The position numbers and the translations under genes are program-made. Positions 9,791 to 20,070 of a DNA stretch of 64,000 nucleotides are shown piece after piece. The stretch is taken from positions 1-64,000 of the forward strand of contig CAXXHG010000024.1 of NCBI GenBank assembly GCA_963666315.2, read 5' to 3'. The DNA is from Candidatus Binatia bacterium. GTDB taxonomy: Bacteria > Desulfobacterota > Binatia > Bin18. Position 1 is the first letter of the stretch, and every line of letters starts with the position of its first letter. The notes below the pieces were generated by a model that was given only the letters and a program-made list of their open reading frames with translations, was not told where the DNA came from and did no database searches.

Positions 9791-11032
9791 TTACTCCAAC
9801 ACCTCAGCAACCACGAGTTCAGTGATCTTGTCCTCGTTATACCCCAGAATATTCTTTAGCACGTTTTGATTCTCGCGACCGAGGGTCGGGGCGGTGCCTC
9901 TGATCTGCGCGGGGGTGCGGGAGAATTTGAAGCGGGACGCTTCGACCGTAGTCTTGCCGAAATCCGGATGGTCCAGGTCAACAAAATGCCCCCGGTGCTG
10001 TAGCTGTTTGTCTTCGTACTGCTCTAGCATGGTCTCGACCGCGCTGGCGGGGACGTGTTGGGCTTGCAGCTTATCTTCAGCGTCATACGGTCCGTGTTGG
10101 CTGGTCCATTCATTGATGGCTTTGTCCAGCTCGTCTTGATTGGCCAGACGGCCTTTGACTGTGGCGAAACGCTCATCACGGCCTAAATCAGATCGATTCA
10201 TGACCTGACACAACGCGCGCCACTGGTCATCGCTTTCCACCCCAATCGCCACCCAGCGGTCGTCGCCCGCAGCTTGGTATACGCCATGCGGCGCGAAGTT
10301 CAGGTCCCGATTGCCCATGCGCGTTTGGGTGCGGCCATTGGCTGATTGGTCCAAAAGAAACGGAGCAAGAAAGTGCAGCGCCGCCTCCGCTTGAGCCAAG
10401 TCGATGTGCTGGCCCTTGCCGGTTTGGTGTTTGTGCTCAAGCGCGGCCAGGATAGACGCGGCGTTATACCAGGGGGCTATGTAGTCGGTATACGCGCCGA
10501 ACGGTCCGGCAGGCGCACGATCCGGCCAGCCGGTTGGATCAAAAAAGCCCGACACCGCAGCCGCCAGATTGCCAAACCCAGCAAAATTGGCGTGCGGGCC
10601 CGTTTGCCCCATGAGGCACGTGCTGAGCATGATGATGTCGGGTTTGATCTTCTTGAGCGACTCGTAGTCAAAACCCCAGGCGCGCATGGCTTTGGGCGAA
10701 AACGATTCCGTCACAACATCCGCCCAGCGCACCAGATCGCGAATCACCTGGCCTGCCTCCGGCTTGGACAGGTTCAAGGTGATCGGCAGTTTGCCGGTGT
10801 TCAGATTATTGAACAAGCCGGAATTATTCGGGCCGGGTTGTTTGTTCTGGAAAGGGCCGACCATGCGCACGGCGTCAAACCGTGTGGTCGATTCGACACG
10901 GACAACGGTCGCCCCGTAGTCGGCCAAAATCCGGGTTGAGCCCGGCCCGGCCATAGCCCACATGAAGTCGAGCACCTTGACCCCAGCAAGGGCTTGATTG
11001 CTTTCCGTGTCGGTGTGTTGTCCGTCTGGCAT
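9791..11032 (-). CDS. Class III CoA-transferase (CaiB/BaiF family), Asp-containing subunit
   Basis: LAGVKVLDF..AGP..RILADYGA.VVRVE, ADVVTESF, YTDY with conserved Asp, APTLG. Confidence 0.92.
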   Translation of the reverse strand: MPDGQHTDTESNQALAGVKVLDFMWAMAGPGSTRILADYGATVVRVESTTRFDAVRMVGPFQNKQPGPNNSGLFNNLNTGKLPITLNLSKPEAGQVIRDLVRWADVVTESFSPKAMRAWGFDYESLKKIKPDIIMLSTCLMGQTGPHANFAGFGNLAAAVSGFFDPTGWPDRAPAGPFGAYTDYIAPWYNAASILAALEHKHQTGKGQHIDLAQAEAALHFLAPFLLDQSANGRTQTRMGNRDLNFAPHGVYQAAGDDRWVAIGVESDDQWRALCQVMNRSDLGRDERFATVKGRLANQDELDKAINEWTSQHGPYDAEDKLQAQHVPASAVETMLEQYEDKQLQHRGHFVDLDHPDFGKTTVEASRFKFSRTPAQIRGTAPTLGRENQNVLKNILGYNEDKITELVVAEVLE

Positions 11033-11054
11033 GGCGTAGCCCTCCTTGGCCCCT

Positions 11055-12296
11055 TCAAATTATACCCTTGTTTTGCAGTTCTGTTACTTCCTGGTCACTC
11101 ATGCCGAGTTCCGTGTACACCTCGGCATTGTGTTCGCCGATCCGAGGTGGACGGCGTCGATAGGTAATCGGCCGTTCGCTAAACTTGGCAAAAGGACCGG
11201 GGTAGCGAAACGCTTTCCCCAGCTCTTCGTGGTTGACGGAGGTCCAATAGTCACGTGACTCCAGCTGTTCACTGTGCGTGACCTCCTCAATTGTTGTCAC
11301 CGGAGCCAAGAGGAGACCGCGCTCCCGGGCATTCCGGAATAACTCTTCTTTGGTGCGACTCTGTGTAAAGTCTTCAACAATGAGCTTGAGGCGTTCGTAA
11401 TCTTCGACTGTTTTTGGGTCGTTGCTAAACAGGAGGCCGCCCATCCCAACCCAGTCCATCTCCTGGACTTCTTTGTCACAGCCGCCTTCCTCGTAGATCC
11501 AGTCCATGAGCCGCTTGGTGAAATGTGCAAACGCCGAGCCAAAAAGAAAGGCAATCGAGACATGGCCGTCCTTGGCTGGCCACAGCAGCCGAATTGCCAG
11601 AGGTCCCATTTTTGCGCCGCCGGCCATGCGGCGGACATCGGCTTCATGCAGCGGGGCGCAAAGAATACTCGACTGTGAGGCCTGGGCCGCGGCTTGCTGG
11701 GCGGAAATGTCGATGTGCTGGCCCTTATTGGAGCGGTGAGATTCGTACAAGGCAATCAAGGCGGCGGGAGCTGCTGCGGCACTCGCATGCAGATATCCCT
11801 GCGGAACACTCAGGCGCACGGGCGGACGGTCTTCGTCTCCGGTAAGCACCAAAGGGCCACTGCAGGCGAGAATGATCAAATCGCTGTCTGCGTAACTCGC
11901 TTTCGGTCCATCTTGCCCAAACGGTGTGATGGATACATAAATCAGGCCGGGATTTTCCTGTGCTAAGTCGCCGTAACTGAGGGCGTATTTGGCGAGGGTA
12001 CCTGGATTTTCAGATTCGACTAGAAAATGTACGCTCTTTGCCAAACGGCGCAGAATCTCTTGGCCCTCGGTTGTGGTGATGTCCAGAGTGATCGCGCGCT
12101 TATTGCGGTTGTAGGCCCACCAATACAGCGAGTTTTCGGCTTCGTCCTGGTCCTGATAGAAAGGCCCTAGCTTTCGAGCCGATGAACCTCCGGGCGGTTC
12201 GACCTTGATCACGTCAGCGCCAAGGTCAGCCAGAATCTGGCCGCATAGCAGCCCGCGTTCAGTAGTCAGGTCAAGGACACGATAGGGACTTAGCAT
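11055..12296 (-). CDS. Class III CoA-transferase (CaiB/BaiF family), partner subunit
   Basis: MLSPYRVLDLT..GQILADLGADVIKVEPPGG, NRNKRAITLD, PPRIGEHN; ATG 12296 preceded by ggggagag. Confidence 0.9.
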   Translation of the reverse strand: MLSPYRVLDLTTERGLLCGQILADLGADVIKVEPPGGSSARKLGPFYQDQDEAENSLYWWAYNRNKRAITLDITTTEGQEILRRLAKSVHFLVESENPGTLAKYALSYGDLAQENPGLIYVSITPFGQDGPKASYADSDLIILACSGPLVLTGDEDRPPVRLSVPQGYLHASAAAAPAALIALYESHRSNKGQHIDISAQQAAAQASQSSILCAPLHEADVRRMAGGAKMGPLAIRLLWPAKDGHVSIAFLFGSAFAHFTKRLMDWIYEEGGCDKEVQEMDWVGMGGLLFSNDPKTVEDYERLKLIVEDFTQSRTKEELFRNARERGLLLAPVTTIEEVTHSEQLESRDYWTSVNHEELGKAFRYPGPFAKFSERPITYRRRPPRIGEHNAEVYTELGMSDQEVTELQNKGII

Positions 12297-12632
12297 CAGA
12301 TCACTCTCCCCGCAGTCTATTGAAACGATTATAGACCAATCTAAATTCTCCAGAATCCTCCCCCCATAGCTGCCCCAATCGGAACAGGCAAGCCCCGAGT
12401 TTGCTGGCAATAGAAGTTGTGCGTATCAGGCTATAGTATTCGTTCGAATTTTTGCTACACCCAGCACACTGCATAATGATCTGTCTACGCTGTCGAACAA
12501 AAATGAAAGTCGACGCCCATCGGCCGCATAAACAGGAAAAATGGCGTTGCCCACAGTGTGGCAAGATTCGGATGAAACCCGCGTCCTATCGCAGACGCCG
12601 ACAACGGGACCGGACAGAATAGGAGGAGAGAG

Positions 12633-13214
12633 GTGCGAGGCACATTGGAGGAGTTCGTACGGCTGAGTCTCGTCATTCTTATGGCGGCTGTGTACGGATG
12701 CTCATCCTATGAGGCTGAGGATGTCGCGAACCTGCAAAAGCAACTTGCCAGCCTGGTACGTCAGGTTGAAGACATGCGCAGAGACGTTGATGGGCTACAG
12801 GGCCAGGAAGCACAGACCATCCAGATTGAGCAGGCATTAGAAGCCCTTGAAGACGAGCTTGATGTTTTACGCTCCCAGCTTGGGCTTCACGAAGATTCAG
12901 CTTCACCGGCGGCTGTGTTATTGCCTACGCCCACCGCGCCTACGCCCACCGCGCAGCCATTAGGGACTGAAGTACTCACCCTTCAACCCTAGCTTGCCAA
13001 GCCTGCTGAGCCTAACGAGCCTGATATGGAGGGCGTGGAGGCGGACACAGCAAAAAGAACTGCAAAAAGAACGAATTGCAGCCCCGTCTGGCACTGGGTC
13101 GGGAAGGGCAAGACTGAAACCGAGATCGCAAAACTCCTTAATATCTCTGTCCAGGCTGTTCAGTTGTGTGATGAGCAGATCGGGAAAAGGAGGCAGAGCG
13201 TAGACCGAAAATGA
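12633..13214 (+). pseudogene. Putative lipoprotein (coiled coil, linker, small C-terminal HTH-like domain) interrupted by an in-frame TAG at 12990-12992
   Basis: Lipobox-like AVYGC; ORF 13026..13214 is in the same frame as 12633..12992 with no other stop between. Confidence 0.5.
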
Positions 13215-13231
13215 AGCGTGGCCCGAAGATG

Positions 13232-13699
13232 CTAGGGAGAGACGGCGGTTGTGCCGTTATTCCTTCGGCTAGCAACATAGGCTGCCATTAATCCCGGCAG
13301 GTCGATGAGCGGCTCGGTTTCCCGCATCATCCCGCCTGGAGGGATAATCTTTTCAGAGCCGCCGAGGGAGATCTGTAAATAGGGCCCGCCCAGCAAGCCT
13401 TTGGTCTTGATCGAGGCAATCGCGTCTTCCTGAATCTCGATACCGTGCTGTACCGTTAGCCTGACTTTTGCTCGGTTGCCGATGAGCTGTACCGTATCGA
13501 CGCGGCCCACCCGGACCCCGGCAATCTCAACCGGCGCGCCTGGGCCCAGACCCGTGGCGCTCTGAAAGTCGGCATACAGGGGATAGCCCCACGCGCTGTA
13601 CAGTGAAGTCTCTCCGAGAGTAGTGAACAGATACAGCAGGCTTGCTCCCCCAAGGAGGAGGAAGCCACCCACGCTCAAGCCTAAACCCAGTCGATTCAT
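13232..13699 (-). CDS. mlaD: MlaD/MCE family protein
   Basis: ADFQSATGLGPGAPVEIAGVRVGRV, ASIKTKGLLGG.YLQISLGGS; N-terminal TM. Confidence 0.85.
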   Translation of the reverse strand: MNRLGLGLSVGGFLLLGGASLLYLFTTLGETSLYSAWGYPLYADFQSATGLGPGAPVEIAGVRVGRVDTVQLIGNRAKVRLTVQHGIEIQEDAIASIKTKGLLGGPYLQISLGGSEKIIPPGGMMRETEPLIDLPGLMAAYVASRRNNGTTAVSP

Positions 13700-13768
13700 G
13701 CTGTGTAAAATAGCAGGCCGTTGCCGTTGTCCCAAGACCCCAAAATCCCAACAGGACTGCTACGCTGC

Positions 13769-14500
13769 CTATAGTGGATCCACTAGTGAATCCTGGGGCT
13801 CCCGAGGTCTTTGGCTCACAATGATATTCGACTCAGACTCGACCCGGGCCGTTCCTGGACGTGGATCGTCCAGATCGAAGTTGACGTCTATATTTTCCAC
13901 ACTGACTTGAGTGTTTGCCGAAATGGATGCGAGCGTAGCATTGGGATCTTGGAAGATGGCGATAGGATCACCGTCAACAATCGTCCCATCTTGATTCACT
14001 CCAACCTCGTCAAGCAGAAACACCAGAGTGAGGTCGCCGGCGGCAAGATTCTCAATCGTGAAGGTCTGGTCTGCCTGAACCAGAGCTATTTCTGTGTCGT
14101 CAAATTCAAGAAAACGAACGGGATCGCGCAGATTTACGTAAGCAAATGCAAATATGGGCCTGGCAGTTGCCGGCCGTACATCAAAAATATTGCCGTGAAT
14201 AACCGTGTCCTCGATCTGTCGTGTTCCGCTGACTCCGCCGCCACTTTCCGATCCCGTGCCGAAGCGCAGTGAGGGTTCATCGGCTCCGATGCGTAGCGGG
14301 CTATCTGTGCGGTCCGGCCCTAGGTCTGCGGCGTCGCCGCAGGCGGCACATATGAGCCATATAACGAGATAGAGAGAGAAACAGAGCAAGGCGTGAGTAT
14401 CGACGTCTCTGTGTGTAAAAGAAATTGAGAGCAGCGTCAAAAGGGAGGCTGCATAATGAGCATAATGGGAGTGCTGGCATTTGGAGTGTGTCCATTCCAC
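13769..14500 (-). CDS. Hypothetical exported/lipoprotein (true start probably later)
   Basis: Long ORF with hydrophobic stretch ending ICAAC and an acidic beta-rich domain. Confidence 0.55.
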   Translation of the reverse strand: MEWTHSKCQHSHYAHYAASLLTLLSISFTHRDVDTHALLCFSLYLVIWLICAACGDAADLGPDRTDSPLRIGADEPSLRFGTGSESGGGVSGTRQIEDTVIHGNIFDVRPATARPIFAFAYVNLRDPVRFLEFDDTEIALVQADQTFTIENLAAGDLTLVFLLDEVGVNQDGTIVDGDPIAIFQDPNATLASISANTQVSVENIDVNFDLDDPRPGTARVESESNIIVSQRPREPQDSLVDPL

Positions 14501-14571
14501 AGACTTTCAAACTGGTGCTTGTTTTTCGTATATGCCGAGTTCCGATGTGGTATACACTGTTCCGTAGGACA

Positions 14572-15539
14572 ATGAGAGATACTGCGGAGATACTGCCCTT
14601 GCTGAGAGCCTGCATCGTTCTTCTGGTCCTTCTCGTCTTTCCGATCTTGCTCTGGTCGGGCCTGAGCCACGCCGCCTGGGCCGAAAGTCCTGACACGGAT
14701 CCCAATATGGATACTAATCTGGATCCTGACTTGCTTGCTCAAGGGCAATACGTGTTTTCTCTTGCGGGTGGGTGTGGCTGCCACACGTCTGCGGGGGGAG
14801 TGGTTAATGCGGGCGGACGTGCGCTGAAGACTCCGTATGGTACGTTTTACGGTACCAATATCACCCCGGACACACGCTATGGCATAGGGGGTTGGACCGA
14901 TCAGGAAATCATTGATTCGATCCGGCTTGGTCTTAAGCCCGACGGGGGACGGTCATGAGCCCGGTCATGCCCTATCCTGCGTTTAACGCTATGACTGATA
15001 CCGATGTGACTGCTCTGGTCGTGTTTCTGCGCAGCCTTGAGCCGGTCGCTCAGCAGAATACTCCCCACGAGGTGAGTATCCCATTGTCCGGACTGGCCAT
15101 GCGCGTCTGGCGCTGGCTCTTCTTTACAGCTGTGGAAGCGGCGGCCGGCCGCTCACCCTCCTCACACGGGCCTATCGAACGTGGACGTTACATCAGTGAG
15201 CACCTGGCGCATTGCCAAGAGTGTCACACCCCCCGGACTGTATTCGGAACATTGGATGACACGCGTGCGCTCGCCGGTAATCCAGATGGCATTGACGGCG
15301 AAGTGACACCCAATATTACGCCCGATCCCGAGACCGGGATTGGGGAGTGGAGCGAGGCAGAGATCATTTCTTTGCTGCGGACCGGCTTTCTGCCCAACTT
15401 TGATAATGTCCAGGGCCTAATGGCACTAGGCATTGAAGGTGTCCCCGCCGGTGGATACAAGGACATGTCGGACGAAGATGTGCGGGCTGTGGCCAAGTAT
15501 CTGAAAAATGTGATCCCACTTGTTCAGCACGTAGAGTGA
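14572..15539 (+). CDS. Diheme c-type cytochrome (alcohol/gluconate dehydrogenase cytochrome subunit-like), split by a frameshift at the G-run 14944-14948
   Basis: GGCGCHT, TPYGTFYGTNITPD..GIGGW, PVMPYPAF, HCQECHTPR, PNITPDPETGIGEW. Confidence 0.8.
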
Positions 15540-15600
15540 ATAGAGGCTGCGACCAAACAGAATACGTGGTGTTTCTCCGAAGTAAGGAGGGAGCGTAGTA

Positions 15601-16068
15601 ATGAAATCAGCTGTTGTGAGTATTGCCGTCATTGTCGTCGGCTTTTTGAGTGGATTGGGGCTTGCGCATGAAAGTCACCCCACGCACCTGCCTGATCCAC
15701 ACGATGTGATCGCGTTTCGCTCTTACCTGATGGAGAATATAGGCTCGAATGCCAAAGAGATGAAGGCCAAGATCGACGCGGGCAAGCGTAAGGAAGCCAA
15801 GCTGAATGCCCAAGTGCTGGCCATCCATGCCACCCGGATTGAAGCGCTCTTTCCCACAGGCAGCACGACGGACTCTTCTCGCGCCAAAGTGGAGATATGG
15901 CAAAACTGGGCTGCCTTTCTTGCGTTGGCCAGCGCGCTGAGTACCGAGGCCGATACCCTGGTGATTGCAGTCGGACAGGGGACAGAGTCCGAAGTGCAGG
16001 CCCAAATGAAAAAAGTTTTTAGCACCTGCAAAAGCTGTCACGATCAATTTCGAAAACCGGAAAAATAA
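15601..16068 (+). CDS. Cytochrome c' / c556 (class II) family
   Basis: Signal peptide, LFP.GS..SRAK.EIWQNW, C-terminal CKSCHDQFR. Confidence 0.9.
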   Translation: MKSAVVSIAVIVVGFLSGLGLAHESHPTHLPDPHDVIAFRSYLMENIGSNAKEMKAKIDAGKRKEAKLNAQVLAIHATRIEALFPTGSTTDSSRAKVEIWQNWAAFLALASALSTEADTLVIAVGQGTESEVQAQMKKVFSTCKSCHDQFRKPEK

Positions 16069-16172
16069 AAAAATGATATTTTCTCGTGACTTACCTTAGA
16101 CTTAGCTTGCGTACCCACAAGAAACGTGAGATAAAAAATTCAACAATCTTCTTGTGAGAAAAGGAGTTTCCA

Positions 16173-17465
16173 GTGTCTGGTGCTGTTGGTTTCCAAGCGC
16201 TGACGAGCCGAAATGCCGTGCTCAGTAGCGCAGAAAATTTCATTCTCTACGTGCTTATGGAGACGAAGCCGCAACAAGGGGCGGGAGTCCGTTTGCCACT
16301 CAATTTGGGCATCGTCCTCGACCGAAGCGGCTCTATGTATGATGAACAGCGGCTCGATAATGTGATCGAAGCCGTGAAATATCTGGTCGATAATCTTGGT
16401 CCGGACGACAAGGCCGCAGTCGTGGCCTTTGCGGATACCGCTGCAGTTGCCGCAACAGCTGACCTTGTGTCGTCTGACAAGGCTCGTGTGAAGAGGGCGA
16501 TAGACGATCTGGACTTATTGGAGATCGGGGGTGGGACGCAGATGGCACTAGGGATGGAAGCAGCCCTAGCCGAGGTGGAGAAGTACTACTCGCCGAACCG
16601 CTTGAATCGGCTCCTGGTGTTAACGGATGGACAGACCTACGAAGAGCGGAAATGCTTAGACTTGGCTCGCCAGCACCGGGACCGTATTTCGTGTAGCACT
16701 TTGGGGGTGGGGGTCGAATTCAACGAAAAGCTGCTCATGGAAATGGCGGAAGCGAGTGGGGCTAATTATCACTTCATTGCTGACCCGGCTTCGATACCCG
16801 ACCTCTTCTCAAAAGAACTCCAGGGCCTGCGGAATGTTGCCCTGACGAATGCGCGTATCGAGCTGCAGTTGAGCGCCGGGGTGCAGGTCAAAGAAGCGTT
16901 TCGGGCGAGTCCTCAGATCTATCCATTTAAAGAAATCACCCCGGATAGCAATCGGACTATTAGTCTTCCGCTCGGGGATATTGAAGCGGGCACACCGAGT
17001 TCGGCGCTGGCTGTCTTAGTCTTGCCGCCCCGCCGACCTGGCCGAGTCCGTTTAGCTCAGGCCGATTTATGTTACGATACGCCCGACGCAAAGAACCAGC
17101 GAGAAAGTCTCGATGTGGTGGTGAACTACACGCTTGATCGAGCCGCGATTGGGAAAGCCAATGGGTATGTCATGAATCTGGTTGATCAAGTCAGCGTGGC
17201 CAAACTCCAAATGCAGGCCGAGGTCGCGATGGCTGCGGGCAATACGGATAAAGCGACGCGGCTGCTGGGTAACGCGATTGCCGGGACCCAGCGACTCGGC
17301 AACTCCAAAGCCACCCAGGCTCTTGAGTCCCTGCAGAGTGAGATGAAAAAGACGCAGAGTCTTGCCAGTGGAGCGGCCAAAACGCAGTTGCTGAATGCTC
17401 AGGCAACCTTACGGAAAACACAACTGCTCGATCCCGACAGTGTGAAAGATGCCCTACGTGACTAG
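16173..17465 (+). CDS. vWA domain protein (YfbK-like) with C-terminal helical tail
   Basis: MIDAS DRSGS, GGT, LTDG; PLNLGIVLD; aaggag RBS. Confidence 0.9.
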   Translation: MSGAVGFQALTSRNAVLSSAENFILYVLMETKPQQGAGVRLPLNLGIVLDRSGSMYDEQRLDNVIEAVKYLVDNLGPDDKAAVVAFADTAAVAATADLVSSDKARVKRAIDDLDLLEIGGGTQMALGMEAALAEVEKYYSPNRLNRLLVLTDGQTYEERKCLDLARQHRDRISCSTLGVGVEFNEKLLMEMAEASGANYHFIADPASIPDLFSKELQGLRNVALTNARIELQLSAGVQVKEAFRASPQIYPFKEITPDSNRTISLPLGDIEAGTPSSALAVLVLPPRRPGRVRLAQADLCYDTPDAKNQRESLDVVVNYTLDRAAIGKANGYVMNLVDQVSVAKLQMQAEVAMAAGNTDKATRLLGNAIAGTQRLGNSKATQALESLQSEMKKTQSLASGAAKTQLLNAQATLRKTQLLDPDSVKDALRD

Positions 17466-17516
17466 CGTCTAGTCCAGCCGGGTATCGACTCTCAGATGCA
17501 TGAAGGAGGCCCTGCT

Positions 17517-18230
17517 ATGATCCGCTGTGCTGAATGTAATGAAGAAAATATGGATGGACTGGAATACTGTGATAGCTGTGGTGCGAAACTTGAAGCAATA
17601 GCCGCAGACGGAGCAGGAGCTGCGGATGCAACCCCTGCTCCCGCAGAAGCTCCTGCTGCACCGGAAGCTGCTGACGCGGATGCGTCAGCAGACGCACCGG
17701 AAACGGCTCCGGAAGCAGCGACTGAGGAAGCCGCAGACGCGCCGGTAGAGGCCTCTACTGCAAGTGAACCCGAGGTAGCGCAAGAGACACCGGCAGATAC
17801 GCCGCAAGAGACACCGGCAGATACGCCGCAAGAGACACCGGCAGATACGCCGCAAGACGCGCCGGTAGAGGCTCCTGCGAGTGAGGGGCCGGGTGCCGGA
17901 ATGACCGCCGCTTTAACGCTTACCCGTGGAGGAACGGTGGGCAAGGTATTTGAACTCCAGGCCGGTGATAATCTGGTTGGCCGCTGGGATCCGGACTCGG
18001 GCTCTTTTCCTGAGGTAGATATGGAGAACGATGATCCCGAAGCGCGGATCTCTCGCAAACATGCGCTGATTAAATTTGGCGACACGCTGACGATTGAAGA
18101 CATCGGTAGCCTGAACGGCACGTTTGTGAACCGGGGACCGCGCCTCGAGCCCGGCTCGCCGGCTACGCTCAAAGATGGGGATGAGATCATCATTGGAAAA
18201 ACCTTCTTTAAAATCTCTGTAACGACATGA
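17517..18230 (+). CDS. Zinc ribbon, acidic linker, FHA domain protein
   Basis: CAEC..CDSC; FHA motifs VGR, ISRKHA, SLNGTFVN; RBS aaggagg. Confidence 0.9.
   Translation: MIRCAECNEENMDGLEYCDSCGAKLEAIAADGAGAADATPAPAEAPAAPEAADADASADAPETAPEAATEEAADAPVEASTASEPEVAQETPADTPQETPADTPQETPADTPQDAPVEAPASEGPGAGMTAALTLTRGGTVGKVFELQAGDNLVGRWDPDSGSFPEVDMENDDPEARISRKHALIKFGDTLTIEDIGSLNGTFVNRGPRLEPGSPATLKDGDEIIIGKTFFKISVTT
17780..17856 (+). repeat. Three perfect 24-bp in-frame tandem repeats (QETPADTP)
   Basis: gcaagagacaccggcagatacgcc x3. Confidence 0.9.
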
Positions 18231-18262
18231 CCTTGCGGCGTTCATACTAGAACTGGTGATGC

Positions 18263-20070
18263 ATGGGTTCTGCACCGCTGTCGGCCGATGCTGTGAGGGT
18301 CGAGGACACCGTTGTCTGCACTGAGTGTGGACAAGCCAATACCGTCGAGGAAACATATTGTAGCGCCTGTGGGGTAACCTTGGAGGAGAGCGATGAGAAT
18401 CTCTCGAATTCCATGCTTGCCCCCCTCACGGTGGGGACGATCCTGGCTGATACCTACCTGATTACGTCGGTCGTCTCGACAGGTCAGGAGAATCGCTATC
18501 AGGCGACACGCCAGGCTGAAGACGAACGGCTCTTTCTGATCTCCGAGCGTCTGCGTGACCGTTCTCATGACTTGCCTAATGACTCAACTCCTGACTTGGC
18601 TGGTCGTGAACGTGACGGCCTATTTGGACTGAACGAACACCTCGTTGACATCCGGCATCCGGCTCTACTTCTGCCTGAAGAGTGTATCGAAACTGAGGAA
18701 CGGATTTATCTGGCCTCGCCGATAATCTCGGGCATTCGTCTCAGTAGCCGCATCGGCCGGACAACCGAACGAGAAGCCGTGGGCTGGGGGGTCCAGTTGT
18801 GTCAAGCGATCAGCGTCTTGCAGCGGCACGGACTGCTCTGCATTGAGTTGCCGCCAGACAGTCTGGTGCTGGACAAAGACGGGCGGTTGCATCTGTCGCA
18901 GCTTGAAGCCCTACGCTTGAGAGATACGACGCATGACAACTATCTTCTGACCGATGGCTATGCCGCGCCTGAAGCCTATAAACCGGGAGCCCTAGGAGAA
19001 ACGGCTGATGTTTTTGCTATCGGGGCCTGTCTATACGCCATCTTGGTCGGGAAACGTTTGCCGGTCGAAGGCTGGGCCGTTCAGCCGGAACCCCCGGTAT
19101 TCTATCCGGAAAAGGTCCTGACTCCCGCTCTCGAGAGGATCTTGGGAAGAGCACTCGCCCTTGAGCCTACGGAGAGGTATGCGGATCCTCAGGCGCTCAA
19201 AACGGCGCTGCTTACCCTCAACCGGTCCGCTTCTATCCGTTCAGCATGGCGGACCGATGTTGGACAGGTGCGCGATCATAACGAGGACGCCGTCCTGGTC
19301 AAAGAAGTGGGGCAGGGCACAATCGCGGGGGACAATTTTAACGGACTGTATATTGTCTCCGACGGTATGGGCGGCGCTGAAGCTGGAGAAGTCGCGAGTC
19401 AAATGGCCATCCAGACGGTTGCTGAGCAGGTTGAAGCAGCCTGGGCAGAGAGCGTGCGCGCAGGGAGCGTAGGCGCAGGGAGCGTAGGCGCAGGGAGCGT
19501 AGGCGCAGGGAGCGTGATGATGATGATAGCGTGGGTGATGATGCCGCCTGGGAGACGCGTCTGCGTGAGGCCGTAGAGGCCGCGAACAATAAGATAGTTC
19601 AATACGGGAAAGATCATCCAGAATCGGCCGGCCTTGGGGCAACTATTGTGGCAGTCTTAGTCCGGGCTGAGCGACTGACCCTGGCCTGGGTGGGTGATAG
19701 TCGTGTGTATCTGTTCGAGCGTGGTGCGCTTTGCCAACTTTCTCAGGACCACTCGTTAGTCAGCCGTCTGGTAGAGATCGGCCAGTTGACACCAGAAGAG
19801 GCCTTGACACACGAACATCGGAATGTGCTCATTCGGTCCTTAGGGAGTAAGAAAGACGTAACGGTGGATACCCTGTCACGCTCGCTCAAGCGTGGCGCTC
19901 GGCTGCTCCTGTGTAGTGATGGGCTCACGGCCCATGTCGATGATTCGGCGCTGGCAGACATCTTGAGCCGCCACCGCACCCCGTACGATGCGGCATTAGA
20001 ACTGACTGTTGCCGCCAATACTGGCGGTGGTAGTGACAATACCTCGGTTGTTGTAGTTTTTCACGAGTAG
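18263..20070 (+). CDS. Zinc ribbon, pseudokinase, PP2C phosphatase fusion, frameshifted in a tandem-repeat tract near 19460-19530
   Basis: CTEC/CSAC; kinase C-lobe motifs [15 protein letters not shown] but no HRD/DFG; PP2C motifs RDHNED, SDGMGG, VGDSRVY, CSDGL, GGSDN across ORFs 18263..19576 and 19531..20070. Confidence 0.85.
19458..19515 (+). repeat. About four 15-bp tandem repeats followed by a GAT run
   Basis: gcgcagggagcgtag x3 plus gcgcagggagcgt, then gatgatgatgat. Confidence 0.9.

Noticed and set aside
12990-12992. Pyrrolysine readthrough of in-frame TAG codons (also 47827-47829)
   Set aside because: No pyl genes in view; nonsense mutation or error is simpler
17780-19515. Tandem repeats as a CRISPR array
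   Set aside because: No unique spacers, inside coding regions, no cas genes
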